Assembly: GCA_002423145.1 (NCBI GenBank)
Contig: DIUU01000002.1
Span: forward strand, 2,194-66,193
Reading direction: 5' to 3'
Source of the DNA: Acholeplasmataceae bacterium UBA6150
GTDB taxonomy: Bacteria; Bacillota_I; Bacilli_A; Acholeplasmatales; UBA5453
DNA: 64,000 nt
The first letter of the stretch is position 1. Each line of letters opens with the position of its first letter. The translations under genes and the position numbers were made by a program. This document shows, piece after piece, positions 1-11,595 of this stretch. A model generated the notes under the pieces. The model made no database searches, was not told the DNA's origin, and saw nothing but the letters and a program-made list of their open reading frames with translations.

Positions 1-312
1 GAAGCGATTAAAAATTCACCAACCAAAACCATGGGTGATGTTGCAAAAAGACTTAGGATTACGCTAGGTACTTTGACCACATCCATCGACGTATTGGTGA
101 GAAAAAAATATGTGATGAGAAACCGCGCAAAGGAAGACAAGCGAAAAGTTATTTTACAACTTACCGACGCAGCCATTGACACCTTACGAATTCACGAAGG
201 ATTCCATGAAGAAATGATTGAATCCGTGATGACTGATTTGGAGTTAGAAAAAGACGAAGCCTTGGTGAAGTCTTTAGAAAACATCAGCAATTATTTTAAA
301 TCCAAATACTAA
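1..312 (+). CDS. MarR-family transcriptional regulator (5' truncated by window edge)
   Basis: Frame is open from base 1; winged-HTH segment MGDVAKRLRITLGTLTTSIDVLVRKKYV and the DKRKV wing motif. Confidence 0.85.
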   Translation, partial: EAIKNSPTKTMGDVAKRLRITLGTLTTSIDVLVRKKYVMRNRAKEDKRKVILQLTDAAIDTLRIHEGFHEEMIESVMTDLELEKDEALVKSLENISNYFKSKY

Positions 313-318
313 AATCAG

Positions 319-350
319 AAGAATACCCACAAAACAGGTATTCTTTTTTT
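319..350 (+). terminator. Rho-independent terminator
   Basis: Stem AAGAATACC/GGTATTCTT followed by a T run. Confidence 0.8.
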
Positions 351-357
351 CGAAATA

Positions 358-386
358 ATGACATTATAAAGCCTTCATGTTATAAT
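358..386 (+). promoter_or_regulatory. sigma-A-like promoter of glucokinase/ptsI
   Basis: ATGACA-17 bp-TATAAT with extended -10 TG. Confidence 0.7.
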
Positions 387-423
387 GGGTTTGAACAAAA
401 AACGCATAATAAAAGGTGATTAT

Positions 424-1368
424 ATGAAATATGTATTTGGCATTGATGTCGGCGGGACATCGGTAAAAATTGGTTTTTTAAATCAAACAGGTAGCCTCAT
501 TGAATCTTGGAATATTCCAACCGATTTACGTCATCAAGGCGGCAATATCTTAAGCGATACCGCAGCCAGTATATTAAAATTTTTAGAAATGAAATCGTTA
601 AAAGATGACGATATTTTGGGTTTTGGGTTTGGCTTACCAGGACCAATCGTCGATAATATCGCCATAAAATGTGTTAATCTAGGCTGGGAAAACGTTGATG
701 TTAAAGAAGAGTTTTGTCGTGCTTATGGTAAAGCAGTAGAAGTTAAAGCGGGCAATGACGCTACGGTCGCAGCTGCTGGTGAGTACTGGCAACAAAATAT
801 CGAAGGTGACATCATATTCATAACATTAGGTACTGGTGTGGGTGGCGGCATCATCGCTCACGGCAAAGTCATTGATGGCGCTCATGGTGCTGGCGGTGAA
901 ATTGGCCACATCCGTGTTGAATTTGTTGAACCACAATTGTGCACCTGTGGGCTAGAAGGCTGTCTAGAAACAGAAATTTCCATCCGCGGTATCAATGCGA
1001 GAGCTCGCAAAATCATGCGTGAAAAGAAACTAAAGACCACATTGATTGATGATGAAACACTGTCACCAAAACGGATTTTCACTGCAGCGAAAGAAAACGA
1101 TCCGGTGGGATTGGCTGTTTTAGATAAAACAGGTTATTATTTAGGGTTGGCATGTGCCAATTTGGCCGCAACCACCGATCCTAGAGCCATCCTTATTGGT
1201 GGTGGCATCTCAAATGCTGGACAAATTTTAATTGATGCTACTAAAAAACACTATATTAAATATGCATTTTCATCCCTTCGAAACATGCAATTTGAACTAG
1301 CAACCCTTGGCAATGATGCAGGCATGTATGGGGCAGCGTATTTAATCATACAAGGACTTCAAGCATGA
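424..1368 (+). CDS. glcK: ROK-family glucokinase
   Basis: GIDVGGT, GNDA, TLGTGVGGG, GEIGH and CTCGLEGCLE Zn motif; start moved to ATG 424 after AAGGTGA RBS. Confidence 0.85.
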   Translation: MKYVFGIDVGGTSVKIGFLNQTGSLIESWNIPTDLRHQGGNILSDTAASILKFLEMKSLKDDDILGFGFGLPGPIVDNIAIKCVNLGWENVDVKEEFCRAYGKAVEVKAGNDATVAAAGEYWQQNIEGDIIFITLGTGVGGGIIAHGKVIDGAHGAGGEIGHIRVEFVEPQLCTCGLEGCLETEISIRGINARARKIMREKKLKTTLIDDETLSPKRIFTAAKENDPVGLAVLDKTGYYLGLACANLAATTDPRAILIGGGISNAGQILIDATKKHYIKYAFSSLRNMQFELATLGNDAGMYGAAYLIIQGLQA

Positions 1369-2867
1369 GTCTATCGGTCTTATCGCCAGGAATGGGATAC
1401 GGAAAAGCATTTAAAATAATAAAAACAAACGATATCAAATCAGAAACCATCGACCCAGTGACAGAAATCACACGCTTCATTGAAACGAAGAAAAATGTAT
1501 ATCAATCTTTAGAAAACTTAAAATCAAATATTCAATCGGACGAAATCATTTCATTTCAACAAGCTATTTTGATGGATCAACTGCTTGAAAATGAGGTTAA
1601 GACTAAAATACGCACCAAACATATGTGCGCCAAAGAAGCTTTCAAATCAGCGGTTCAAAACTATATGGACTCTCTAGCGAATCTCGAGGATGCCTATTTG
1701 AAAGAACGCATGCACGATTTAGCAGACTTACGTGAACGTTTGGCATTCGCACTCGACCAAAAAACACCCATTAAAATCCTTGAACCCATCATTTTATGTG
1801 TTGATGTTTTGTACCCTTCTTACTTATTTGAATATGAACCCTATATCCAAGGTGTAATCGTCAAAGACGGCAGCAACTTATCCCATGGAGTCATTCTTGC
1901 AAAAGAAAGAAATATCCCATGCATCATTTCTAAGACGCTCAATGTCCAAGACACAGATTATATTTTTATCGATGGTTACCACGCAAAGGTCATTGTTAAC
2001 CCTTCACAAAAAGAAGTCGAAGGGTGGTTAAGATCAACGCCTAAAGCGGATGAAGATTTAATCATCAGTCATTATCCAAACAAATTGTGTCTCAATGTAT
2101 CCGGTGAAACATTAATCGATCCTAAGTTTGTCGATGCTTCAGACGGTATCGGATTATATCGTTCAGAATTTTTGTACTTTCAAAGCAATAACTTTCCTTC
2201 TATCGATAAACAAGTTGAAGTATATGGTAAGTTTTTAAAACAATTTCATCCTAAATCAGTGATCATTAGAACTTATGATTTTGGTGATGATAAAAATCCG
2301 TTGAATTTAGGTCCACTTCAACGGGGGGTATCTGACTACTTTATCACGTATGAAAAACCTTTTGTTGAACAACTTTCGGCTTTATTGGTACTAAATGAAA
2401 CCTATGATAATCTCAAAATCATGATTCCGATGGTTAAAAGAAAAGCAGATTTGGATGCAGTAGAAACCTTATTGTCTAAACTACATCACAAGTTTGGTTT
2501 CAGTAGTCCGCTACCACCGCTTGGCGTCATGATTGAAACGGAAGAAGCTTTTATGCACCTTAGTGATTTCCTATCAGCTGACTTCTTTTCGATAGGATCC
2601 AATGACTTAGGAAAAAGTTTATTTCATTTAGATCGAAGTCAATCTACTGATGAAATGACATATGCGAAAAAGATGATTAAAGCCATCGAAGAGATTGTTC
2701 AGTTCGCAAAAGACCATCAAATGCCTTGTACTGTCTGTGGAGATATCGCCAGTCGTCCTGTTGCCCTTAGCATGATGTTAGAAAAAGATATTCACAATTT
2801 CAGCATTCCAATGCCGTTTTTGAAAGAAGCAAAACAAATAATTAAACAACATAAAACAAGAATATGA
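1365..2867 (+). CDS. ptsI: PEP-protein phosphotransferase (PTS enzyme I)-like, shortened and divergent
   Basis: SHGVILA phospho-His motif, [44 protein letters not shown] overlap with the kinase stop. Confidence 0.8.
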   Translation: MSLSVLSPGMGYGKAFKIIKTNDIKSETIDPVTEITRFIETKKNVYQSLENLKSNIQSDEIISFQQAILMDQLLENEVKTKIRTKHMCAKEAFKSAVQNYMDSLANLEDAYLKERMHDLADLRERLAFALDQKTPIKILEPIILCVDVLYPSYLFEYEPYIQGVIVKDGSNLSHGVILAKERNIPCIISKTLNVQDTDYIFIDGYHAKVIVNPSQKEVEGWLRSTPKADEDLIISHYPNKLCLNVSGETLIDPKFVDASDGIGLYRSEFLYFQSNNFPSIDKQVEVYGKFLKQFHPKSVIIRTYDFGDDKNPLNLGPLQRGVSDYFITYEKPFVEQLSALLVLNETYDNLKIMIPMVKRKADLDAVETLLSKLHHKFGFSSPLPPLGVMIETEEAFMHLSDFLSADFFSIGSNDLGKSLFHLDRSQSTDEMTYAKKMIKAIEEIVQFAKDHQMPCTVCGDIASRPVALSMMLEKDIHNFSIPMPFLKEAKQIIKQHKTRI

Positions 2868-2907
2868 AATCTTAAGCAAGTTTTTTCTAAAAAACATGCA
2901 AAAAGGG

Positions 2908-2936
2908 TTGCATATTCTTTTTGTTTATCATATAAT
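2908..2936 (+). promoter_or_regulatory. S10 operon promoter
   Basis: TTGCAT-17 bp-TATAAT. Confidence 0.75.
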
Positions 2937-2942
2937 AGTTAC

Positions 2943-3069
2943 GCTTACGCACAAGCAAAAGGCTGTGAAATGGAAGGTTGTCGGCACACGGATAGCCGTT
3001 GTCTATGTGAAGGGTTTTTCCATGGAGCAAGTCTATGACAAGATTATAGGCGAAAGGAGACATTTTAAA
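2943..3069 (+). ncRNA. Probable structured rpsJ (S10) leader RNA
   Basis: About 125 nt GC-richer leader with AGGTTG..GCACAC, GGTTTTTCC..GGAG and GTCTA..TAGGCGAAAGGAG segments, resembling from memory the Bacillota rpsJ leader. Confidence 0.55.
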
Positions 3070-3378
3070 ATGGCAAAAGAAGTTATCAAAATTCGTTTGA
3101 AAGCATATGATCACAGACTAATTGATCAATCTGCGAAGAAGATTATCGAAAGTGTAACAAAGACTGGTGCAAAGGTACACGGGCCAATCCCACTACCGAC
3201 TGAAAGAGAAGTTTTCACCATTCTACGTTCCCCTCACGTTAACAAAGATTCACGTGAACAATTCGAACGTCGTACACACAAGAGATTAATCGAGATCTTA
3301 GATCCAAATGCACAAACAATCGAAGCTTTAATGCATATCGACTTACCTTCAGGTGTTGATATCGTATTAAAGAAGTAA
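3070..3378 (+). CDS. rpsJ: 30S ribosomal protein S10
   Basis: [32 protein letters not shown] 3070 after AAGGAG. Confidence 0.98.
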   Translation: MAKEVIKIRLKAYDHRLIDQSAKKIIESVTKTGAKVHGPIPLPTEREVFTILRSPHVNKDSREQFERRTHKRLIEILDPNAQTIEALMHIDLPSGVDIVLKK

Positions 3379-3413
3379 GAATCCAAAAACAAGACTAAAA
3401 AGGAGAAAGAAAC

Positions 3414-4052
3414 ATGGCCAAAGGAATCTTAGGTAGAAAACTAGGCATGACCCAAATCTGGAATGCAGATGGTCAACTAGTCCCTGTAACTGTAATCGAT
3501 GTTGCTCAAAACGTAGTGCTTCAACAAAAAACTGTTGAAACTGACGGATACGTTGCGACTCAACTAGGTTTCGAAGACAAAAGGGAAAAAGTAAGCAACA
3601 AGCCGGAACAAGGGCACGTCGCAAAAGCTAACACAGCACCTAAGCGCTTCATTAAAGAAATTCGCTTTAACGAAACGCTTAACGAATTAGCGGGGTTAGA
3701 GGTTGGGACTGTCGTTTCTGGAAATATTTTCAAAGCGGGCGAAGTCATCGATGTAACTGGTACCTCCAAAGGTAAAGGTTTTGCCGGTGTAATCAAGCGT
3801 CACAATCAAAACAGAGGACCAATGGGACACGGATCAATGTATCACCGTTCACCAGGTTCCATGGGTGCCATCAAAGGCAACATGAAAGGTAAAAATCTAC
3901 CAGGGCATATGGGTGCTGAACAAGTTACAGTTCAAAACTTAGCTGTTGTAGCATTTGACACCGAAAGAGAAGTACTACTCGTTAGCGGTAGCGTACCTGG
4001 ACCAAACAATGGTTTAGTGGTCGTTAGAACAGCTATCAAGAGTACGAAGTAA
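3414..4052 (+). CDS. rplC: 50S ribosomal protein L3
   Basis: [25 protein letters not shown]; operon position. Confidence 0.98.
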   Translation: MAKGILGRKLGMTQIWNADGQLVPVTVIDVAQNVVLQQKTVETDGYVATQLGFEDKREKVSNKPEQGHVAKANTAPKRFIKEIRFNETLNELAGLEVGTVVSGNIFKAGEVIDVTGTSKGKGFAGVIKRHNQNRGPMGHGSMYHRSPGSMGAIKGNMKGKNLPGHMGAEQVTVQNLAVVAFDTEREVLLVSGSVPGPNNGLVVVRTAIKSTK

Positions 4053-4064
4053 GGAGGAACCAAG

Positions 4065-4688
4065 ATGCCTAAATTACAAGTATTAAATCAAGAAGGTTCA
4101 AAAGTAACTGACCTTACATTAAATGAATATGTATTTGGTATTGCCCCACATAACCAAGTTTTATATGACGTTGTAAACGCACAAAGAGCGGCTATGCGTC
4201 AAGGGACACACGATACTAAAACAAAAGCTGAAGTTTCCGGTGGCGGTAAAAAACCATGGAAGCAAAAAGGCACAGGTAGAGCCCGTCAAGGTTCTACAAG
4301 AAGCCCACAATGGAGACATGGTGGTATCGTATTCGGACCTACACCTAGAAGTTATGATGTAAAAGTTAACCGCAAAGTTGCACAACTTGCAATGCGTTCT
4401 GCGTTATCTTATCAACAAGCAAATAACCAAATAGTCGTTGTTGAAAACCTATCCGTTGGCGAAGCAAAGACTAAAGAATTCGCAGCTTTACTAAGCAAGC
4501 TAAACATTACACAAAAAGTATTGATCGTAGACACTGTATTCGCAGACTCCGTGTTCTTAGCAGCACGTAACTTACCGAATGTCATGCTAGTTCAAGCTTC
4601 TCATGCGAGCGTTTATGACTTACTAAACTGCAAACAACTATTATTAACTCAAAATGCAGTTAAATACTTCGAGGAGGTGCTTGCATAA
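4065..4688 (+). CDS. rplD: 50S ribosomal protein L4
   Basis: KPWKQKGTGRARQGS. Confidence 0.98.
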   Translation: MPKLQVLNQEGSKVTDLTLNEYVFGIAPHNQVLYDVVNAQRAAMRQGTHDTKTKAEVSGGGKKPWKQKGTGRARQGSTRSPQWRHGGIVFGPTPRSYDVKVNRKVAQLAMRSALSYQQANNQIVVVENLSVGEAKTKEFAALLSKLNITQKVLIVDTVFADSVFLAARNLPNVMLVQASHASVYDLLNCKQLLLTQNAVKYFEEVLA

Positions 4689-4975
4689 TGACAAAATATT
4701 ACGACATTATCAAAGCTCCAATCATCACTGAACAATCTTCTAAAATTATTGAATCCCAAAATGCTTATACTTTCGAAGTCGATCGTAAAGCAAACAAAGT
4801 GGAAATCAAGAAAGCAGTAGAAGCGATTTTCAATGTTAAAGTAGTAAGAGTAAACACCGTAAACGTATTACCTAAGTTCAAAAGAATGGGTAAGTACGAA
4901 GGTTACAAACAAGCATATAAGAAAGCAATCGTAAAACTAGCTGAAGGTCAAAAAATTGACCAATTCACAGTTTAA
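4688..4975 (+). CDS. rplW: 50S ribosomal protein L23
   Basis: PIITE, ANKVEIKKAVE, KKAIVKL. Confidence 0.97.
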   Translation: MTKYYDIIKAPIITEQSSKIIESQNAYTFEVDRKANKVEIKKAVEAIFNVKVVRVNTVNVLPKFKRMGKYEGYKQAYKKAIVKLAEGQKIDQFTV

Positions 4976-5005
4976 GATTAGTGAAAAGTTAAAGGAGAAT
5001 TAACT

Positions 5006-5836
5006 ATGGCGGTTAAAGTTTATAAGCCGACGTCCGCAGGGCGCCGCAACATGAGCGTTTTAACGTTCGAAGAAATCACAACATCCACTCCTGAAAAATC
5101 ACTACTCGAGCCAATTCATAAAAATGGTGGACGTAATAACTCCGGTAAAATTACGGTTCGTCATCAAGGCGGCGGCGCTAAGCGCAAATATCGTGTAATT
5201 GATTTCAAGAGAAACAAAGATGGTATCGTAGGTAAGGTTGCTACAATCGAATACGATCCAAACAGAAGTGCAAATATCGCTTTAATCAACTATGTAGATG
5301 GTGAAAAGCGTTATATCATTGCGCCTAAAGGCCTCGAAGTGGGGATGTCCATCGAATCCGGTGAACATGCTGACATCAAGCCAGGTAACGCATTACCAAT
5401 CTTCAATATTCCAGTAGGTACTGTCATTCATAACATTGAATTACACCCTGGTAAAGGTGGACAATTGGTCCGCTCCGCTGGTACTTCAGCACAAATCTTA
5501 GGTAGAGAAGAACGTTATGTCCTTGTTCGCTTAAGTTCAAGTGAAGTGAGAAAGATTTTAGGTACTTGCCGCGCAACCATTGGTGAAGTTGGTAACGAAA
5601 CTTACGAACTTGTTAGAATTGGTAAAGCAGGACGTACTAGACATATGGGTATTCGCCCAACTGTCCGTGGTGCTGTTATGAACCCGAACGATCACCCACA
5701 TGGTGGTGGTGAAGGTAAGAACCCAATCGGTAGAAAATCACCAATGACGCCTTGGGGTAAACCTGGTCGCGGTATTAAGACAAGAGATTCTAAGAAGGCA
5801 TCGAGCGATTTAATCGTAAGACGTCGTACAAAGTAG
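5006..5836 (+). CDS. rplB: 50S ribosomal protein L2
   Basis: [22 protein letters not shown]. Confidence 0.98.
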   Translation: MAVKVYKPTSAGRRNMSVLTFEEITTSTPEKSLLEPIHKNGGRNNSGKITVRHQGGGAKRKYRVIDFKRNKDGIVGKVATIEYDPNRSANIALINYVDGEKRYIIAPKGLEVGMSIESGEHADIKPGNALPIFNIPVGTVIHNIELHPGKGGQLVRSAGTSAQILGREERYVLVRLSSSEVRKILGTCRATIGEVGNETYELVRIGKAGRTRHMGIRPTVRGAVMNPNDHPHGGGEGKNPIGRKSPMTPWGKPGRGIKTRDSKKASSDLIVRRRTK

Positions 5837-5846
5837 GAGGGTAATC

Positions 5847-6125
5847 ATGGCACGTTCAATTAAAAAGGGTCCATTTTGTGACGACTACCTATTACATAAG
5901 GTAAGAGTCGCTAAAAAGGCAAAAGATAACAAAGTAATCCAAACTTGGTCAAGACGTTCAACTGTATTCCCTGACTTTGTAGGATTAACGATTGCAGTAT
6001 ACAATGGTAGAGAACATGTACCTGTATATATTACAGAAGATATGGTTGGTCACAAACTAGGTGAATTCTCACCTACACGTACTTTCCGTGGACACGGCGC
6101 TGACAAGAAAGCAGCTAAGAAATAA
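5847..6125 (+). CDS. rpsS: 30S ribosomal protein S19
   Basis: [21 protein letters not shown]. Confidence 0.98.
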   Translation: MARSIKKGPFCDDYLLHKVRVAKKAKDNKVIQTWSRRSTVFPDFVGLTIAVYNGREHVPVYITEDMVGHKLGEFSPTRTFRGHGADKKAAKK

Positions 6126-6139
6126 CGATGGAGGTTAAT

Positions 6140-6475
6140 ATGGAATCTAGAGCTAACGCAAATACGGTGCGTATTGCACCAAGAAAAGCAAGACTAGTTA
6201 TTGATCTCATCAAGGGTCTAGAAATTAAGGAAGCGCAAGCGATCTTAAAATATACCCCGAAAGCTGCCGCTCCAATTATTTTAAAGGTGCTAAACAGTGC
6301 AGTCGCAAACGCAGATCATAACTACAACATGAATGTAAATAACTTATACATTAAAGAAGCGTTCGTCAACGAAGGCGTACGTATGAAGAGAATGATGCCA
6401 AATTCTAAGGGACAAGGCAACATTATCGTTAAAAAAACTAGCCACATCACTATTGTTGTGGCAGAAAGAGTTTAG
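6140..6475 (+). CDS. rplV: 50S ribosomal protein L22
   Basis: [27 protein letters not shown] 6140 after GGAGG. Confidence 0.97.
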   Translation: MESRANANTVRIAPRKARLVIDLIKGLEIKEAQAILKYTPKAAAPIILKVLNSAVANADHNYNMNVNNLYIKEAFVNEGVRMKRMMPNSKGQGNIIVKKTSHITIVVAERV

Positions 6476-6486
6476 GAGGATACACG

Positions 6487-7188
6487 ATGGGTCAAAAAGT
6501 TAGTCCAGTCGGCTTACGCATAGGGATCACCCGTAACTGGGATGCTAAATGGTATGCAGAAAAAAATCAAGTTCCGGCTCTTTTAAAAGAAGATATTGAA
6601 ATTAGAAAGTATTTAAAAGACACTTTCAAAAAAGCGTCTGTTTCTCAAATCGAAATTGAACGTCTTAAAGGTAAAGCAAAAGACAGAGTGAAAATCACTT
6701 TATACACTGCTAAACCTGGCGTTGTCATCGGTAGAGATGCAGAATCTAAAAACAAAGCAGTTAAAACACTTGAATACATGACTAAAAAGGAAATCATCCT
6801 TAACGTCGTTGAAGTGAAACGTTCAGAACTCAATGCAGAACTCGTTGCGCAAAGCATTGCTGAACAATTAGAAAACCGTGCATCTTTCCGCCGTGTGCAA
6901 AAGATGGCTATGCAAAGAGCATTAAAAGCCGGAGCTAAAGGGGTTAAGACACTTGTGTCTGGACGTCTTGGTGGTGCTGAAATTGCTCGTAGCGAAGGCT
7001 ATTCTGAAGGCCGCGTGCCGCTACATACTTTACGTGCTGACATCGATTATGCAACTGCAGAAGCGATTACCACTTATGGTAAGTTAGGCGTTAAAGTATG
7101 GATTTTTAAGGGCGAAGTTTTACCTGGACAAAAGGTAAGAACTGAGGCTGCACCAAGAAGAGACAAGCGCAGTAAAGGAGGCAAGTAA
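6487..7188 (+). CDS. rpsC: 30S ribosomal protein S3
   Basis: [29 protein letters not shown]. Confidence 0.98.
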   Translation: MGQKVSPVGLRIGITRNWDAKWYAEKNQVPALLKEDIEIRKYLKDTFKKASVSQIEIERLKGKAKDRVKITLYTAKPGVVIGRDAESKNKAVKTLEYMTKKEIILNVVEVKRSELNAELVAQSIAEQLENRASFRRVQKMAMQRALKAGAKGVKTLVSGRLGGAEIARSEGYSEGRVPLHTLRADIDYATAEAITTYGKLGVKVWIFKGEVLPGQKVRTEAAPRRDKRSKGGK

Positions 7189-7190
7189 TT

Positions 7191-7607
7191 ATGTTAATGC
7201 CAAAAAGAACTAAATTCCGCCGTCCTCATCGCGTAAGTTATGAAGGTAAGGCAAAAGGTAATCTTGAATTACAAAACGGCAACTGGGGTTTATTAGCCAC
7301 TGAAGGTGCTTGGGTAACCAACCGCCAAATCGAAGCTGCCCGTATTGCGATTACAAGACATATGAAACGTACAGGTAATGTATGGATCAACATTTTCCCA
7401 CATTTAGCTAAAACTAAAAAACCACTAGAAGTACGTATGGGTTCCGGTAAAGGTGCACCAGATTCATGGGTTGCTGTTGTTAAGACTGGCAAAATCATGT
7501 TCGAAGTTGCTGGTGTTTCTGACGAAATCGCTCACGAAGCATTAAGACTCGCCTCCCATAAGCTTCCAGTTTCAACAAAGATTATTCGTAAGGTAGGTGA
7601 CCAATAA
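7191..7607 (+). CDS. rplP: 50S ribosomal protein L16
   Basis: [17 protein letters not shown]. Confidence 0.98.
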   Translation: MLMPKRTKFRRPHRVSYEGKAKGNLELQNGNWGLLATEGAWVTNRQIEAARIAITRHMKRTGNVWINIFPHLAKTKKPLEVRMGSGKGAPDSWVAVVKTGKIMFEVAGVSDEIAHEALRLASHKLPVSTKIIRKVGDQ

Positions 7608-7608
7608 T

Positions 7609-7797
7609 ATGAAAGCGATCGAAATTCGTAAAATCAGTACAGTTGATTTAAATAAACGCATTAACGAATTAAAAATTGAATTATTCAACTTGCGTTTTCA
7701 ACTTGCTGTTGGTCAATTAGAAAATACCGCACGCATAAGCCAAGTCAGAAAATTAATTGCACAAATGAAGACAATCATTAGTGAACGTAACGAATAA
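7609..7797 (+). CDS. rpmC: 50S ribosomal protein L29
   Basis: [16 protein letters not shown]; start moved to ATG 7609. Confidence 0.96.
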   Translation: MKAIEIRKISTVDLNKRINELKIELFNLRFQLAVGQLENTARISQVRKLIAQMKTIISERNE

Positions 7798-7808
7798 AGG
7801 AGGATACT

Positions 7809-8063
7809 ATGGAAAGAAACAATAGAAAAGTGTTCACAGGAACTGTGGTATCAACCAAAATGCAAAAAACGATCACAGTGGTAGTTGACACATACAAAAA
7901 ACACAGTTTATACGGGAAACGCGTAAAAGTTTCCAAAAAATATCATGCACACGACGAAGACAATGCTGCGAAAGTAGGCGACGTAGTTAACATTATGGAA
8001 ACTCGCCCATTATCCGCTACTAAACGTTTTAGATTAGTAGAAATTGTTACGAAGGCAGAATAA
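7809..8063 (+). CDS. rpsQ: 30S ribosomal protein S17
   Basis: [22 protein letters not shown]. Confidence 0.98.
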   Translation: MERNNRKVFTGTVVSTKMQKTITVVVDTYKKHSLYGKRVKVSKKYHAHDEDNAAKVGDVVNIMETRPLSATKRFRLVEIVTKAE

Positions 8064-8075
8064 GGGGGGACTATC

Positions 8076-8444
8076 ATGATTCAACAAGAAACTAGATTAA
8101 TCGTCGCTGACAATAGCGGCGCACGTGAAGTCTTGGTCATTAAAGTTTTAGGTGGTACCCGCCGTCGTTATGCGAACATCGGTGATGTTGTTGTAGTTGC
8201 AGTTAAAAAAGCAACTCCAGGTGGCATTGTAAAAAAAGGTGACGTAGCAAAAGCGGTTATCGTCAGAACCATTACTGGTTTAAGACGCGCAGATGGCTCA
8301 TACATCAAATTTGATGACAATGCAGCTGTTATTATTAAAGAAGATTTGAACCCACGTGGAACCCGTATTTTCGGACCAGTGGCAAGAGAGCTTAGAGATA
8401 AGAACTTCATGAAGATCGTATCCCTTGCTCCAGAAGTATTATAA
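8076..8444 (+). CDS. rplN: 50S ribosomal protein L14
   Basis: [19 protein letters not shown]. Confidence 0.98.
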   Translation: MIQQETRLIVADNSGAREVLVIKVLGGTRRRYANIGDVVVVAVKKATPGGIVKKGDVAKAVIVRTITGLRRADGSYIKFDDNAAVIIKEDLNPRGTRIFGPVARELRDKNFMKIVSLAPEVL

Positions 8445-8454
8445 GGAGGACATC

Positions 8455-8796
8455 ATGAACATTAAAGCTGGAGATACAGTTGTTGTCATTGCTGGTAAAG
8501 ACAAGTTCACTACCGATAAAAAAGGCAAAAAAGTAAAAACAACTGGTAAAGTATTAAAAGCACTTCCTGGTGAAGACCATGTCATCGTTGAAGGCGTCAA
8601 CAAAGTTAAAAAACACCAAAGACCAACCCAACAAAACGAAAAAGGTCAAATCGTGGAAGTCGAAGCACCAATCCATGTATCTAACGTGATGATTCTCGAT
8701 CCAAAGAAGAACGTTCCAACTCGCGTTGGTTACAAAATCGTAGACGGTAAGAAAGTCCGTTATGCGAAAAAATCAGGCGCTAGCCTTGATAAATAA
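8455..8796 (+). CDS. rplX: 50S ribosomal protein L24
   Basis: [27 protein letters not shown] 8455 after GGAGG. Confidence 0.97.
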   Translation: MNIKAGDTVVVIAGKDKFTTDKKGKKVKTTGKVLKALPGEDHVIVEGVNKVKKHQRPTQQNEKGQIVEVEAPIHVSNVMILDPKKNVPTRVGYKIVDGKKVRYAKKSGASLDK

Positions 8797-8810
8797 GAAG
8801 GAGTTTGACT

Positions 8811-9350
8811 ATGAGTAGATTAAAAGAAAAATACGAAAACCTCACCAAACCCGAATTAATGAAAGCATTCAACTACACTTCCGTCATGCAAGTACCAAAG
8901 GTCGAGAAGATCGTTATTAACATGGGTATCGGCGACGCAGTAGCTAATCCTAAAGCGCTCGACGATGCTGTAGAAGAATTAACCGTAATTACTGGTCAAA
9001 AACCAGTTGTTACTAAAGCAAGAAAATCGATTGCAAACTTCAAATTACGTGAAGGTATGCCGATTGGTTGCAAAGTAACATTACGCGGCGAAAGAATGTA
9101 CTATTTCTTGGATAAATTAGTTTCAGTCTCTCTTCCACGTGTAAGAGACTTCCGTGGCATTTCTAAAAATGCATTCGACGGTCGTGGTAACTACACACTT
9201 GGAATTAAAGAACAACTTATTTTCCCTGAAATCAATTTCGATAAAGTGAAAAAAGTACGTGGCATGGACATTGTCATCGTAACAACGGCACAATCTGACG
9301 AAGAAGGTAAAGCTTTACTCTCTTCACTAGGATTACCGTTCAAGAAATAA
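8811..9350 (+). CDS. rplE: 50S ribosomal protein L5
   Basis: [23 protein letters not shown]. Confidence 0.98.
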   Translation: MSRLKEKYENLTKPELMKAFNYTSVMQVPKVEKIVINMGIGDAVANPKALDDAVEELTVITGQKPVVTKARKSIANFKLREGMPIGCKVTLRGERMYYFLDKLVSVSLPRVRDFRGISKNAFDGRGNYTLGIKEQLIFPEINFDKVKKVRGMDIVIVTTAQSDEEGKALLSSLGLPFKK

Positions 9351-9361
9351 GGAGAATAAAC

Positions 9362-9547
9362 ATGGCTAAAAAATCTATGATTGCGAAGCAACAACGCGTG
9401 GCTAAGTTTTCAACACAAGCTTACACAAGATGCACACGTTGTGGCCGTCCGCACGCAGTATACCAAAAATTTGGAATTTGCCGTATTTGTTTTCGCGAAT
9501 TAGCCTATAAAGGCGAACTACCTGGCATTAAAAAAGCTAGCTGGTAA
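9362..9547 (+). CDS. rpsN: 30S ribosomal protein S14, Zn-binding (type Z)
   Basis: 61 aa with CTRCGR and CRICFRE. Confidence 0.97.
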   Translation: MAKKSMIAKQQRVAKFSTQAYTRCTRCGRPHAVYQKFGICRICFRELAYKGELPGIKKASW

Positions 9548-9562
9548 GAAGGAGGAAATAAT

Positions 9563-9961
9563 ATGGTTATGACTGATCCAATCGCGGATTTACTAACACG
9601 TATCCGCAACGCGAATTCAATGCGTCATGAAACGGTTGAAATCCCTGCATCTAGACTTAAATCAGACATTTTAAATGTCTTAAAACAAGAAGGTTTCATC
9701 GTAGATTTCGTATCTAAGAATGAAGCAGTGGGTTCTACACTAGTAGTTACTTTGAAGTATGCCGCAAACAATGAACGCGTTATTAAAGGTTTAAAGAGGA
9801 TATCGAAACCGGGCTTACGTGTGTATGCACAAGCTAGTCAATTACCTAAAGTTCTTAATGGACTTGGGATTGCGATTATTTCGACATCAAAAGGCATTCT
9901 TACAGATAGAGAAGCAAGAAAACAACAAATCGGTGGCGAAGTGCTCGCCTACGTATGGTAA
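9563..9961 (+). CDS. rpsH: 30S ribosomal protein S8
   Basis: [26 protein letters not shown]. Confidence 0.98.
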   Translation: MVMTDPIADLLTRIRNANSMRHETVEIPASRLKSDILNVLKQEGFIVDFVSKNEAVGSTLVVTLKYAANNERVIKGLKRISKPGLRVYAQASQLPKVLNGLGIAIISTSKGILTDREARKQQIGGEVLAYVW

Positions 9962-9973
9962 TAGGAGGATAAT

Positions 9974-10516
9974 ATGTCACGTATAGGTAATAAAGTGATC
10001 ATCGTTCCTGCTGGCGTTACCGTCACTGTAGGAGAAGCGAACTTAGTCACAGTTAAAGGCCCAAAGGGTACTTTATCATTTCAATTTTCTGATCGTGTAA
10101 CAATCGAACAAGAAAACAAACACATCTCAATTAAGAGAGAGTCTGATATCAACAACGACCGTAAATTACACGGCACCACACGTGCTTTATTAGCAAACAT
10201 GGTGACTGGTGTTTCAATCGGATTTACTAAGTCCCTTGAAATCATCGGGGTTGGTTATAGAGCTTCTATTGATGGTAAAAAATTGGTTATCAACGCAGGT
10301 TATTCACATTTAGTTGAATTACAAATCCCTGAAGGCGTAGCCGTTGCATTACCTAAAAATACAGAAGTTATCTTATCAGGTGCAGACAAGCAAGTCGTTG
10401 GTGAATTTGCCGCAAACATTCGCGCTATTCGTAAACCAGAACCTTACAAAGGCAAAGGTATTCGTTATAAAGGTGAAGCTGTTCGTCGCAAAGAAGGCAA
10501 GACTGCTAAGAAGTAG
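9974..10516 (+). CDS. rplF: 50S ribosomal protein L6
   Basis: MSRIG, PEPYKGKGIRY. Confidence 0.98.
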   Translation: MSRIGNKVIIVPAGVTVTVGEANLVTVKGPKGTLSFQFSDRVTIEQENKHISIKRESDINNDRKLHGTTRALLANMVTGVSIGFTKSLEIIGVGYRASIDGKKLVINAGYSHLVELQIPEGVAVALPKNTEVILSGADKQVVGEFAANIRAIRKPEPYKGKGIRYKGEAVRRKEGKTAKK

Positions 10517-10531
10517 TCGGAGGATATATAT

Positions 10532-10885
10532 ATGATCAATAAACAATCAAGCAATGTAACACGCCAAAAGAGACATTTACGTATTCGTCAAACTCTTTCT
10601 GGTACCGCAGCAAGACCTCGTTTAAGTGTATATCGCTCTAATACAGCTTTCTATGCACAAATTATTGACGACGAGAAACAAACCACACTTTTCGCAGTGA
10701 GAAGCCAAGAACTTAACCTAAAAGGTTCTAATATTGAAACTGCAAAAGCCGTAGGTAAATTGATCGCAGAACGCGCTATCGCAGGTGGCGTTACTGAGGT
10801 CGTATTCGACAGAAGTGGGTATTTATACCACGGACGCGTAAAGGCGTTAGCCGAAGCAGCTAGAGCAGCTGGATTGAAATTCTAG
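10532..10885 (+). CDS. rplR: 50S ribosomal protein L18
   Basis: [22 protein letters not shown]. Confidence 0.98.
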   Translation: MINKQSSNVTRQKRHLRIRQTLSGTAARPRLSVYRSNTAFYAQIIDDEKQTTLFAVRSQELNLKGSNIETAKAVGKLIAERAIAGGVTEVVFDRSGYLYHGRVKALAEAARAAGLKF

Positions 10886-10896
10886 GGAGGGTAATC

Positions 10897-11397
10897 ATGC
10901 GTAAAGTTAGAGAAAAAGAAGTCGAATTATTCGAAGACCGCGTGGTGTCCATCAACCGCGTAACTAAAGTTGTTAAAGGTGGTAGACGTTTCAGATTCGC
11001 CGCACTGGTCGTTATTGGTGACCATAATGGTACTGTAGGCTTTGGTTTAGGCAAAGCACAAGAAGTACCTGATGCTATCAAAAAAGCGGTAGAAAACGCT
11101 AAAAAGAATTTAATTAAAGTCTCAGTTGTTAACAATACAATTCCACATGCAATCACCGGTGAATACGGTGCGGGGAAAGTATTCTTAAAGCCTGCTTCTG
11201 AAGGTACTGGAGTCATTGCAGGTGGTGCGATTCGTACTGTTTGTGAACTTGCTGGTATCAACAATATCTTGTCTAAATCTTTAGGCTCTAAAGCTCCTAT
11301 CAACATGGTTAGAGCTGCATTTGCTGGTCTTGTAACATTGAAGACTAAAGAAGACGTTGCTGCGCTTAGAGGCGTTGCAGTAGAAAGTTTGGTGTAA
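10897..11397 (+). CDS. rpsE: 30S ribosomal protein S5
   Basis: [22 protein letters not shown]. Confidence 0.98.
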   Translation: MRKVREKEVELFEDRVVSINRVTKVVKGGRRFRFAALVVIGDHNGTVGFGLGKAQEVPDAIKKAVENAKKNLIKVSVVNNTIPHAITGEYGAGKVFLKPASEGTGVIAGGAIRTVCELAGINNILSKSLGSKAPINMVRAAFAGLVTLKTKEDVAALRGVAVESLV

Positions 11398-11401
11398 CTC
11401 T

Positions 11402-11581
11402 ATGAAATTAGAAATTACATTGAAGAAGTCTTTAATTGGGCGCAATCCAAATCAAGTTAAAACAGCAGAAGCATTGGGTCTTAAGAAATTAAACCAAACT
11501 GTTATTAAAGAATCCAACGATGCGATCGTGGGTATGGTTAAAACCATTGCTCACCTGGTTGTTGTTAAAGAAATCGCGTAA
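11402..11581 (+). CDS. rpmD: 50S ribosomal protein L30 (not in ORF track)
   Basis: Hand translation [34 protein letters not shown]...[11 protein letters not shown], 59 aa; lies between rpsE and rplO. Confidence 0.95.
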   Translation: MKLEITLKKSLIGRNPNQVKTAEALGLKKLNQTVIKESNDAIVGMVKTIAHLVVVKEIA

Positions 11582-11595
11582 GGAGGGAACATACT

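Noticed and set aside
2896..3069. 58 aa N-terminal extension of S10 in the ORF track
   Set aside because: It spans the promoter and leader; the RBS and homology support ATG 3070. The same reasoning trimmed starts at 385, 22650, 23470, 26168, 27952, 30398, 50777 and 60205
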